Under the pieces are notes generated by a model. That model made no database searches. It had not been told where the DNA came from and worked only from the letters and a program-made list of their open reading frames with translations. A DNA stretch of 62,268 nt, the filler included, from Diploschistes diacapsis (taxonomy: Eukaryota): assembly GCA_023645945.1 (NCBI GenBank). It is 5 parts of 5 records of this genome, joined end to end, with 100 filler letters (N's around TTAATTAATTAA, not from the genome) between each part and the next. Parts side by side here need not be neighbours in the genome. Positions count along the whole stretch, not along the records: positions 49,907 to 62,268 come from JALAIB010000753.1; 4 more parts are not named here. One strand, given 5' to 3'. Shown piece after piece: positions 51,401 to 62,268 of this stretch. The translations under genes and the position numbers were made by a program. Within the stretch, counting starts at the first letter, position 1, and each line of letters begins with the position of its first letter.

Positions 51401-52651
51401 CGTAGGTTTGAGTAACTGTCACGGGGTGATGACGGGATTCGAAGCTTATTGTGGTATGGAAACTATCAGTTCTACCAGCAAATGAACCTTGTTCATCCTA
51501 CTACCGCCCCATAAGAACCAAGGCTTTCGTCTTTGGGGGAAACGGCCTAATCTCAACTTATAATCTTAATAATATTAATAATCTTTAGAACTTGGCAGCC
51601 GATACTGGAGTAGAAATAGTACGAGACATTGCGATGGATTATGAGATTGTGTCTGGTAGTGCATTAGAGACTCCTAGTCGATTTATGCATCATGCCTGGT
51701 GCAGCCCACGGTTCCCCCCCTCAAAGCCTCTAAGAAGCTGGGAAGAGCAAGCTCCTGCATGGACCCCGTGCTGCTCGATGTAGAAGCGCTGCGATAAGAA
51801 CCATTATGCGCGGAGAAGTGTGACGGCAGATTGCATATGCTGAGTCGGAGGTCAGAGGTCAGACAGCGTCAACAGCGCAAAGAAGGATTGGCGCAGAGGC
51901 TGTCGTTCCTGCAGCGTGCAAAGGAGGAGTGACCAACTGGAACGAACTTGGAGCGACTTGGGGGACCCCCGGTACTTTTTCAAATGGAGCGAATCCGATT
52001 CATGGCATTTTTGAGGTTGGATGGATTACGGGGGATGCAGTGGATGAATGGATGAAAGCGAACTCAACCACTAGTCTACGAATAGTCTAGCGGGATCTCG
52101 AAACACAGAACACAAAACTCTTCCATTCATGAAACACTTTTGACGCCCACACATACCACACACTACACTCTGTGCTGTGCTATGCTGTGCCAGTTGACCG
52201 AGTCCGCCCACAACGCTGTCTGAGTCTGACCGTAGCTCCTTCCTCCTACTCAAACCGGAGGGGCCGTAATGTCTTCCTTTCTCATCTTCTAGACTATCTA
52301 CAGACAACCGGCTTTGTTCTTCTTGGTTTCTGTCCCTTTCGTCTGTCATTCGCTGCACTTCGAGGCCACTAAACGTTTCTCTTCCATGTCGCGCATGATT
52401 TCACTGCTTGTGTTCCTGTGCTTCGCTACACAGGGGAGGAACCCATTCCCCATCTTCTGTAACACTATCTCTTTAGCCCTTTTTTCACTTTACCGAAGTA
52501 CGTTCGCCCACAGCACTTCGCAGCCGGATCTGTGAATGAAGAGGAACATTTGAACACCATAGACTGGCAATCACTGCTTTCCTAGAGCACTACCATCTCG
52601 CAAAACCTCGAACACATGGCGTAACAGAAACAAGAAACGAGACCTTGTCAA

Positions 52652-54676
52652 ATGCAAATGTGGAAGCATCTTGTTGTAAGGTCATCCATGATTCTTCAAC
52701 AAAGTCAATTTACAAGGGGAGTTGGCTCAGGAAAGACTGGCTGGATGCATTGGTTTAGGCTTGTGGGCAGACAGAGTACAATAGACGGACAGCTTGTTGC
52801 AGACGCTGAGCGACAGGCGTTAAAGAGGAGTCCGAGGCACCTCAAGCGAGACAACAATGAAAGTAGTATCAACGAGAACAAACACGGGAATAATCAGACT
52901 AGCGAAAATGAGGGGAATAGCCAAAGCAACACAGAAGTTGGGGTTGTTCGGAATAACGGGAGCAATAGCAGTAATCAAGATAGCGGAAACTCGAATAATC
53001 ACGATGACAACAGCAATGGTCGTGATGGCGATAGTTCGACCTTGGAGACTATCTCGGGCTCACCTACCGCGACTTCTACCTCCACCCCAACCTTGATTTC
53101 AATGACCACCTTGACATCGATCTCGACTTCGCTCACTCCAGATCAGCAGAATCAGAAACACTCTTCAATAATCTCCCCGTCGGCAAAAGCATCAAGCACG
53201 ACCTCCTCAAAGCCGCATGATGAACCTCGTCAGGTTGATGACTCGCCGGACTCCGATCAGCAGTCTTCTTCTACTACACCGACAAGTCAGAGCTTCAGGC
53301 CGTCGATAACGGAAAATAGCTTAAGCTCCAGCTTGAATGGTGCAAATAGCAATGCGAGCGGTGGAAATTTGAATGCGCAAGCCAAAAACCAAAACTCACC
53401 GAATCCGCTTTCTCTATCCCCGACTCTCTCCAACACATATACCACAGTACCACCGCAACCGATATCCTCCTTAGCTTCCCTGATCATCGACACCGCAACT
53501 TCGAATATTAATCCTTCCTCAGAACCAAGCATTTCAAGTCGATTGGTGATCGCCCCAATAACTGCATCGTCGAGCGTTTCCGTGATTTCAACTACTCCTG
53601 CCATTTCGCCGTCTGTTCCGCAGACGGCATTGCCACGGTCCTCGGCAACTCCTTCAGCGCCATCATCTTCTTCAAGTCCATTGTTGAACAGCGCACTGAT
53701 AGCAGGTGCCAGCGGTAAGTCTGGACGACCATGAAGCGCATCGACCGAGTGAGAATGCTAACTCGCAGCAGTTGGGGCTATTGCGGGGTTCCTGCTACTT
53801 GTGGCAGTGAGCTTTTGGTGCGTTCGCAGAAGGATCAAGGGGTCCAAAGTTGCGGCTGTCCAATCTCGATCTACTCATCAAAGTTCGTCCACGTCACCTC
53901 GGTCGCCGTCTCGTCGGCAGAGCGCACCAGCATTTCGCAACGTCTTTCCTGGCGCACCTGCTGGCTTAGTACCCGATAGACCTGGGAGAGATAGCCTGCC
54001 TGCATTGGAGGCCGAGAAAACCATGGAATTGAACTTTGCGGAAGACTCCTTTCCTGAGAAATATGGTATTCCAGAAGCGGAGGAATTTGAGGAAGAGGCC
54101 TCGGCCATAGATCCTGGCTTTATGCGCGAGCTATCAACCATCATGGAGGCTTCTACTGAACGGTCTTTCTCCCATCGATCTCAGGCCTTGTCTTTCTCGG
54201 AGTCGGCCTACAGCAGACAATCCAACCCATTATCTGGGTCGACGAAGTCAGATAGCACAATCATACTACCAGCACCTTTTCCCAACCATAGCCGTCATGT
54301 TTCGGATACAGGCTCCATGTTCGGTCCTTCAAGGGTAAACTCTGCGGTTGGACCGTGGCGAGATTCTATCTGGTCAACAACTGCTACGCCCACAGCTGTC
54401 TATCCCCCTTCCTCGGCTTATGCAAGCCAGCGGCAGAGTAGGAGAAGTCAGAGTCTCTCGGCACACGTCGCTCGGGTAAGAGATGCAAATAGCTGGGCCG
54501 AAGATCCGTCACCGCACTCTTCGAGGCGGCCTCCAGGTTCTGCGCTTCTTCCGCCGCTGCCCACTCCAGACTTAGGAAAGGCTACGTCGAATCAAAGTCG
54601 GCATCAGGCAAGCCATAACGATCCGTCATCTTGGGGTACAGACAGCATCATGTGCGACTCTTGGCCTTTGAACTGA
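52652..54676 (+). CDS. Ser/Thr/Asn-rich type I membrane protein (Mid2/Wsc/mucin-like sensor architecture); intron 53715-53768; true start uncertain
   Basis: Long S/T-rich ectodomain; spliced TM ALIAGASAVGAIAGFLLLVAVSFWCV followed by RRRIK; S/R/P-rich cytosolic tail. Confidence 0.75.
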
Positions 54677-55572
54677 TATAGCTTCGCCATTGTGGGTAGC
54701 CTGGCTTTGTTGCTTGACCGGTCTTGCAGCTTACGGCATGCTTTGCTCAAGAGGGCGACTTCATTGGGGCTTCATCATCGCATCTTAGAAACTAGACGTA
54801 ATGAGGCTATGAAAACATGAGGATAATGGCATGGTCATACTTGGGGCATCTGGAACGTTTCAGCGTCGCATGGGCGATGGCGCATAGTGGGCCTCTCGCA
54901 CACCATGGGCTCGAGGAAGGCTCGGTGCTCTTCGTTAGCTTGACTAGAAACAACTATATAATATGCGCAACCTAAGCTATTAGGTAACAAGATTATTATT
55001 TTGCACTCATTAGAGTTTGTCGTATACCAAGTTTTTCGACTTCTAAGATCAAACAAACTCGTCCAAAGTGACAGCTGCGGACTTGTTACCTCGTTCGTAT
55101 CACCAAACCAACAAGCAACCAGATAAGGCAACTGTAAATAAGGGGCATCTTGCCGATTCTACCCTGCTACTGATGATCTTCATGGTTCAGGACTTCAGAA
55201 AGTTGCGCGGACAATAATTCCGCGGAGAGGGAAACCATATGCTTTTAGCTATTGTGTAGAATAGATTAAGCTTCCGTATTTTTCCGGCAATAATTGCATA
55301 TGGGACTGCCTGCCTGCCTGCACCACCACCACCACCACCCTGTAACCTTCTCCAGACATATTAGCCCTCAACCTCTAACGTTCCACTGCCACTTCTGAAG
55401 TCAAACCCTCTCCCTACTTTACTACAAACCTAAGTTTATATTTGCTACGACTCCGAGGAGATCTGTTAAGCTCTGGGAGAGACCCTTCACCAGATACAGC
55501 GCGGCGAAGCCGCTTGTCTCCACATCTGGAGGCATAGAGCGTCCCTCTCTTGAAGCGTCGTCCTCCCATGGG

Positions 55573-57699
55573 ATGGCTCATGAGTGGCTCCGTCAATATT
55601 CCCAGACTGGCTTCGCCTCTCGCTCCCCGTTGAGCACCTATGACGGATACAAGGGACCATCTCCGAACACTCAAGCCGACCATCAAAGTACAGATGCGCA
55701 TGCTGAGAACCAAGCATGGGATCAGCGGTCCATCGATGGCTCAGAAAGGTCATGGCCTGGGTCTGTTGATCCCAGCGAGGATGGTTCCGTGCTGGAAGTC
55801 AAAGCAGAGGCGGCGATTGACGATACACCTTCGGCACCCATCGCTGTTCCAAATCGCCCAAGGGAAGGGGCTTTTGCTCAGCCTAGTTTACGCGCGCTCG
55901 GGTCCAACGGTTATGACCGGCCTCCGATATCTACATATATCGAGCAGCGCAAGATTTCCATAGGTTTCGACCCGAAAGTGCAGATCGAAGACGACAATGA
56001 GACAAGCTCGGAAGGTCCTCTTCCTAGGCAATCCCTTAGGACTCGTGTAAGAGGAAAATCGCTTCTTGACGTTATGGAAAGGAAGGAACCAAAATCAAGA
56101 GCCCGCAGTGAGGCAGACAGTCAAGAATACGATCCCGAGACAGGTGAGCGATTGGATGAAAGGCCAGCCCCCGCGCGAGACTCACGATACAATACCAGCC
56201 AGCCCAGGTGGCCCTTGCTGCAAACAACTGTCGACGAACTTGCCTCGCGTGACCAACTGGGCAAGCCGGAAAGTAGCAGCTCGCTGAACTCAAAAACCCC
56301 ACTTTCTCCCCAGTACGAATACCCCACGTCTCCCTCTGCAGATACCATTGCCTCCCCAATGGCCATTCCCTCGCCTTCTCGCGAGTGGTACGCAGCCGCT
56401 TCTCTGGACCTCCCACGTCGACTATCTTCGAGATCGAGATCATACATTGAGGGTCGCACAAGCTTCCCCAAACGCGCCTCTCGTAGGTCCACAGCGAACT
56501 CTTCCGCCTCTCCTGCTTCCGCTTTTCTATCCAGATACCTCCCTAGCTCACCCCTCCCTCAGCCAGACGACGAAGGCCAGGAGATTGGAGATTACGTGTT
56601 AGGTCGCGAAATCGGCTTCGGGGGCTTCAGTGTAATTCGCGAGGCTTTCACCCTTTCTAATTCTACACGCATAGCTCGTGCTGTGAAAGTTGTCCGTCGC
56701 AATATTCGGGGGAAAGAGGAGTCGGAGAATGAAGCTCTGCAAGCGGAGTTCGAGCACGAGGTCGAGATATGGAGAAGCTTGAGGCATCCGCACATTCTGC
56801 CTCTCCTTGCCGTATATAACACTGACTTCGCAACCTTTGCCATAACTCAGCTGAATACTGGTGGCACATTGTTCGATGCTGTGAGAAACAACCGCTCAGG
56901 CCTTGAGCCTAGGCTGGCCCGTCGCTATATTGCCCAATTGTGCTTGGCCCTTCGCTATTTGCACGAGGATATGCGCATTGTTCATCGCGATGTCAAACTA
57001 GAAAACTGCCTAGTCAACAAGATGGCCCCAGATGCAGCCGAAACGGGCGGCAAGCTTCTGCTTTGCGACTTTGGGCTGGCCGACTACTACACTTCTGACA
57101 ATGGCGCGGGCGCTGCTTCGACGCAATATGCGCAGGTGTATCATCATGCCCAGAAAGCAGCTACATACCCTTCCGCGGCGAGACAGGCTTTAGAGACTGG
57201 CGTTGACTCTGGAACACCATCCTTCTTGTCCCACACCTTAGGGCCATCGGGCTTTTCAACTAACCTGGCAGGAAGCCTCCCCTATGCAGCTCCCGAGATG
57301 CTTGAGTACGAGATGGGGATCCTAAACCCTGTTGTCGACATGTGGGCGCTTGGTGTTGTGTGCTTTGCAGTTATAATGGGCAAGCTACCCTTCAGCCACA
57401 GCTTTGGACCAACGCTTCGGACAATGATCACCTGCGGTAAGTGGGACAAGACGGGTTTGAAGGCCAAGGAAGATACAACTTTGGGTGGAGGTGCGGCGAA
57501 CCCGAGCGGTGATCATTTCGATCGATGCACAGCTGGAGAAAGGTCGAGTCCGAATGGAGTACGGCATGCCCTGGCGGGTATCTCGGAGGTCGTCCAAGGA
57601 TGTATGACTATCAATCCCTCGACGAGGTGGGATATTCAAGACGTTCTATGCTCGACTTGGCTAAGAGATGAGGTTGAGAAGCTTGATATTGAGGATTAA
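55573..57699 (+). CDS. Ser/Thr protein kinase, Nnk1-like
   Basis: PDDEGQEIGDYVLGREIGFGGFSVIREA, RAVKVV, EFEHEVEIW, HRDVKLENCL, CDFGLA, GSLPYAAPE, DMWALGV; long disordered N-terminus. Confidence 0.88.
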   Translation: MAHEWLRQYSQTGFASRSPLSTYDGYKGPSPNTQADHQSTDAHAENQAWDQRSIDGSERSWPGSVDPSEDGSVLEVKAEAAIDDTPSAPIAVPNRPREGAFAQPSLRALGSNGYDRPPISTYIEQRKISIGFDPKVQIEDDNETSSEGPLPRQSLRTRVRGKSLLDVMERKEPKSRARSEADSQEYDPETGERLDERPAPARDSRYNTSQPRWPLLQTTVDELASRDQLGKPESSSSLNSKTPLSPQYEYPTSPSADTIASPMAIPSPSREWYAAASLDLPRRLSSRSRSYIEGRTSFPKRASRRSTANSSASPASAFLSRYLPSSPLPQPDDEGQEIGDYVLGREIGFGGFSVIREAFTLSNSTRIARAVKVVRRNIRGKEESENEALQAEFEHEVEIWRSLRHPHILPLLAVYNTDFATFAITQLNTGGTLFDAVRNNRSGLEPRLARRYIAQLCLALRYLHEDMRIVHRDVKLENCLVNKMAPDAAETGGKLLLCDFGLADYYTSDNGAGAASTQYAQVYHHAQKAATYPSAARQALETGVDSGTPSFLSHTLGPSGFSTNLAGSLPYAAPEMLEYEMGILNPVVDMWALGVVCFAVIMGKLPFSHSFGPTLRTMITCGKWDKTGLKAKEDTTLGGGAANPSGDHFDRCTAGERSSPNGVRHALAGISEVVQGCMTINPSTRWDIQDVLCSTWLRDEVEKLDIED

Positions 57700-58276
57700 G
57701 TCGTTTGGATCGCACGTTGTGCCTCGTTTTCTGTCACTTGGGGCAGGATTTTATATACACTCAGGCGCATGCTGGACTCCTCTAGCATGGTCAAGAGGGT
57801 TTTGGGAGTACATCTGGGAACGACTTACGAAAGCGCGGTGTTGAGGGTGTTCGCATCTGGATTCTAATGGTTCTGACGGGGACAGGCACTTTTACGGGCC
57901 TAGGATGCTTTCCATAGGGAACCAAGCTGGACATGGAAAAGAACGTTGATGGATCGATACCCCTTCTCTGTAATGTCTATGAGGTTTATGTGATACGAAT
58001 TCAATCGATGCCTTTATTCACGCACGTTTCGTGGGTGTTAAATATAAATTATGCGCCCCGTAATCAACTTCAAGTCTTCAATGCTACATAAATTCTGGGA
58101 TTAAGCGCAGTAGTGGCTTGCCATTCTTACATTTATGAGACGGAACGTCTCGGAGTTACCGCTCCACATCCCTGCAACAGCTTCTCGGAAAAGTTTACCA
58201 GCGCATCAAGCTCAACCTTTCAGAGCGCTTACCACAACTTCTTACAATAGAGCTTGTTTCTCGCACAGTCTGCACG

Positions 58277-59867
58277 ATGCTGTGTGCAAGTAAGCTCAGG
58301 TTGCCTGCATCTCCGAATTGGTTTGAATGCTAACACCGCACAGTATCTGGGGAGCCCCCGCAAGCTCCGGTCGCCAATAAGAAAACCGGTCCGCGATTCT
58401 CTATGGCCACACAAGATTGCTCAGTTCGAAAATCATAGCTGACTAGCTCGCTAGGCATCGTCTTCGAAAAGCGTCTGATAGACTCGTATATCACTCAACA
58501 TGGCACCGACCCAACCACCAATGAGCCTCTTTCCGCCGAAGACCTAGTCGACCTCCAGTCCTCTCGCATAGTCCGCCCGCGCCCTCCAACGCTTACCTCC
58601 ATACCTTCTCTGCTCTCCGTCTTTCAGAACGAATGGGACGCGCTAGCCCTCGAGAGCTTCCAACTGCAGCAGCAACTGCAACAGACAAGGCAAGAGCTCA
58701 GCACAGCACTTTACCAGAACGATGCAGCAGTGCGCGTCATTGCACGACTGACCAGGGAACGAGATGAGGCTCGGAGTGCGCTAGCACAGGTCGGCGTCAC
58801 CGCCGCCATGACTGGTGGTGGGGACGAAATGGCAGTGGAAAGCACAGGCCTAAACGAGGAGCTGCAGAAGAAGATCGAAATTACACACGAGAAGCTCTCA
58901 AAGACACGGAGGAAGCGTCCGGTACCGGAAGACTGGGCTACAGAAGAGGATGTTCAGGCCCTTAAGCCGCAAAGTCTGGACGCGGATGCCGCCAAGGGCG
59001 CGCAGGCTCTGGCGCTGGATGTTACAGGAGATCTAGTTCTTTTCGGCGGTGCAGACGGTGGCGCGCAGGCGTACAGTATGGAGTCGGAAGCCCCAGTCCA
59101 CGTATTCAAAGGCGACGGAGGAGCGGTTACAGATGTGCTGTGGTTGGGAACAAGGGCTGTTGTTGCGTCGTCTACAGGCACTGTTAGGGTTTACGATGAC
59201 GGGAACGAGACTGCGAAGTTTGGGCAGCACGCAGGATCTGCAGCTGCTATTACCATGCACCCCAGCGGTGAACTTTTGGGCTCAGTCGGTGTGGACAAGA
59301 GCATCATTCTCTACGACTTGCTCGGCTCGAAGGTCGCCGCCCAGATATTCACGGATTCTGGTAAGTGTCAAGCCTTTCAACCCACAACTCCAAGCTAATG
59401 TTGCTGCAGCCTTGACTGCAGCTGCCTTCCATCCTGATGGTCATATTTTTGCCGCAGGAGGAGCTGATGGCCAGATCAAGATCTACGACGTCAAATCGGG
59501 TAGCAGGGCGGCCGAGTTCGATACGGCTGGTCCTCTTCAGAGCCTAGCCTTCTCAGAGAACGGCACGTGGCTTGCTTCTGCCAGCAAAGGGGATTCTACT
59601 ATTACCATCTGGGATCTGCGCAAAATGTCACAGATCAAGTCTCTAGATGCGGGCAACGCTGTAAACAGCATACGGTGGGACTATACTGGGCAGTTCCTAG
59701 TGGCAGCAGGGTCCAGCGGTGTCACTATCTTCCAGTACTCCAAGGCCGCGAAAGAATGGTCGGAGCCGTTAAAGGCTGCTGTGCCGTGCGTTGGGGCGGA
59801 GTGGGGAAAGGCGGCGAAGAGCCTGGTGGTACTGTCGAAGAGTGGACAGTTAGCAAAGTTGACTTGA
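58277..59867 (+). CDS. PRP19: Pre-mRNA splicing factor / U-box E3 ligase Prp19 (Cwf8), 3 introns
   Basis: Spliced MLCA/ISGEPPQAPVANKKT/GIVFEKRLIDSYITQHGTDP (U-box); RPRPPTLTSIPSLLSVFQNEWDALALE...RQELSTALYQNDAAVRVIARL coiled coil; WD40 repeats (FHPDG, FSENGTW, WDYTGQFL). Confidence 0.95.
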
Positions 59868-60311
59868 TAGACTCTACTTGTAGCCTTAGAAGCGGACAAC
59901 TATGGTCATTCTAAGCCGTCTTCTTATCAATGCATCGAGACTCGTATATTTCCTTTTTGTGCTGCGCTGCTCTCCTGTCTTGTATTCAATCCAGAACCTG
60001 CTCTTACCATTTCGAACGTCTAATCCTTTCACAGCGCTAGCTATCTGACAAGTCTCCTGGTGCTCACTCCAGTCAAGGGAGGGGTTGTTGACCTGGGACG
60101 GAAATAGCCGTTGTTAAAATCCGAAAGTCATCACTCGGTAGAAAGGTCAGTAGTGGCATCCTTTGGTCGGTAATGTTCCATTCACCACCACTTGTCGCTT
60201 TGAACTCTCGCTTCAGCCTTTCACTTCTATTCTCCGATTGTCAAGAGAAAATTAACGATCTACTTTCAAATGCTTCATATGCACCGCAACTAAAGGAATA
60301 GCCCACCCCCC

Positions 60312-61558
60312 ATGGAAAATGAGAATACCGTGCCGGTCCTCCAAGGTCTTGCCGGGCGTTCATTCAAGGTAAACTCAAAACGCTTGCTCACACATTCACT
60401 TGGAGCTGATCAAGGGCTTCATCTCTTAAGAGAACCCATGAAGAAATGTTAGGGATAGATCACAACCTTGAGCAGGCACGACATCGTTCAACATCCTCTC
60501 TACCTCGATATCCTTACAGTCCATCCGCTTCACTGAATCGGAATTTCCCTCCACCTACTAGGTACTCTAGAGACGGCTTTGACTTTAGGAGACCAGCGAT
60601 GTCTCAAACACAAGCGAATGCGAACGTTATCGATCTCACGACAGAGCCGGAGAGCCCACGAAGACGACCCCCCAGACATCAGAACCAAGTCATTCAAATG
60701 CCCGAGCAAGAGGTGATAGAGCTAGATGATGACGATGATGATAACGACGACGATAGTGAGAATTTTAGTCCAAGGGCAGAGAACGATGATGAGGTTGAGG
60801 TGGTCGCTCCGGACGTAGAGCTTCTCTACTCACGGAGGAGGCCCATGACACAACGTGCTATATCTGAATACTTGGGTCGACAGCAGAATGGCCAAACACC
60901 TTGGTATCGGCAGAATAGGGAAGGGTCAGAAGCTGTCGACCATGGTGGCCATAACAACCCTCCACGGGCTCCACGTCCTCGGCACTCCGCTCTGACCGAT
61001 CTCCTAGGAGCAATCCCTCAGATACTCCCATTCACGAGGACAGCAAGCGGGACAGCCAGAGATCTAGCCGCAGTCATCAACATGGATTTGGGTCGCTTGG
61101 AGAATTTTAACCAGCATCAAGGGCGCAACTTCAACCACCCAGATTTAAATTTCGAGACTGTCGCCTTTGACCTTGGGGGCAACGACCAACCACCGGCAGC
61201 CCCAGCTCGACCAATATACACAGCTCCTTCACCTCCGGTTGAGGGCTTTACCCGATCGCCAGCAGAAGACGATGTCGTAATTTGCCCCAACTGCGACTGC
61301 GAGCTTGGGCAGGGCGACGAACTAAAGAGGCAATTATGGGTGATCAAGAGCTGTGGCCATGTAGGTACATTGGGCGTCTGCAAGGAGATATACTAAATCG
61401 TGGAACAGGTGTATTGTGGCGAGTGCGCCAAAAACCGATCGAAGAAGGGCAGAAACAGAACTACAAATCCGTTCACACACTGCGTGGTGGAGGGTTGCGG
61501 CATGATAAAACTGGCTGGTCCCAAGGCCATATTCAGGGTCTTTGCTTCTACAGAGTAG
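60312..61558 (+). CDS. Slx5/Rfp-like SUMO-targeted ubiquitin ligase subunit (SIMs + C-terminal RING-like); introns 60369-60430 (inferred) and 61361-61408
   Basis: SIM-like VIDLT, EVIELDDDDD, EVEVV. RING-like CPNC...CGH/VYCGEC...C-VVEG-C after splicing. The upstream exon gives MENENT...SFK/RTHEEM in frame. Confidence 0.8.
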
Positions 61559-62122
61559 TCACGGGGAGCATTAGGGTATGCTGTGCCCGTGGAGCCCTCC
61601 CGAGTACATCATAAGAGAGTCTGGGAAGTAGCAACAAGGAACATGCGGAGGGTGTTCGAGGGTAAACTGAGAGCGATGGCGAGGGAAAAGGATGGCACGG
61701 TGCTACTAATACTTACGATACCCACGTGCACCACGAATGCATAATACCATACTGTCGAAGCTGGGGGCCGTTTCATGGCGTCAACATTTACTTATCGTGG
61801 AAAACCATTTGATTTATCCAGGGATATCGCTCAACGGCATTACATGGCCATGGCATGGCCTTTTCCGAGAGGCTCGAGCGAAAACAGCAAATATTCTTTG
61901 TATATAGATATAGAGCCTGGGAGCAGCTTGATATCTGGCAGATACGACGCGCTCGACTATAATACATATTCCTTTCTTGAACCTTGCTTGCGGTGATCGC
62001 GATATGATACCGCATGCGAAGAACATGGGTCGGCCAGCCGTTGCCACGGCGGCTGGTGGCCTGCTTGACGCCCTCCACTCCCCTGCCCGCCGCCTCCGGT
62101 CATCAGGCGGGGATGACGTCCC

Positions 62123-62268
62123 TCAACCGTCGTCAAACGAAAGCTTGACCTTCTTCCGCCCCTCCTTCTTGACCGCTTTCTCTTGGGTCACGGCTCCTTT
62201 CCCGAGCCTGCCCTCGTTCTCGCCCTCCAATCCCCTTTTCCGAACCGCATTCCCCACCCCTTCTCCCT
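62123..62268 (-). CDS. 3' fragment of a small basic protein ending KKVKLSFDDG* (DUF4604-like C-terminus), cut off by the window end
   Basis: Minus-strand frame GEGVGNAVRKRG...AVKKEGRKKVKLSFDDG*, stop at 62125-62123. Confidence 0.55.
   Translation of the reverse strand, partial: GEGVGNAVRKRGLEGENEGRLGKGAVTQEKAVKKEGRKKVKLSFDDG

Overview
Filamentous ascomycete (Pezizomycotina) genomic DNA with short GT-AG introns. It is not one locus. Four identical 100-bp artificial linkers (N44-TTAATTAATTAA-N44) join five contigs of 12382, 12382, 12377, 12365 and 12362 bp, apparently sorted by size, so adjacency across linkers carries no information. Contig 1 has vigilin/Scp160, the Ste20 PAK kinase and Hse1/STAM. 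Contig 2 has a single WOPR (Gti1/Pac2; Ryp1/Wor1/Sge1-like) regulator in about 11 kb of non-coding DNA, with a 19-codon uORF ending 5 nt before its AUG. Contig 3 is the most informative. It holds an accessory island bounded by RIP-like AT-rich DNA and a retroelement nest: an intact arsH (possible mitochondrial presequence), a frameshifted Acr2-type arsenate reductase that the ORF track captures only as a fragment, an MFS transporter, and two nested solo LTRs, each with a perfect 5-bp target-site duplication. After the island come a small PY-motif membrane protein, an Ldb19/Art1 arrestin and a truncated 2OG-Fe(II) dioxygenase. Contig 4 has a Zn2Cys6 factor, a DHX29-like helicase and a large F-box-like orphan. 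Contig 5 has a small pseudogene, a Ser/Thr-rich membrane protein, an Nnk1-like kinase, Prp19, an Slx5-like SIM/RING protein and a 3' gene fragment. No rRNA, tRNA or CRISPR array was seen. All assignments come from reading motifs by eye, not from database searches. No wholly new system can be proven from this sequence; the decaying arsenic-resistance island is the best lead.
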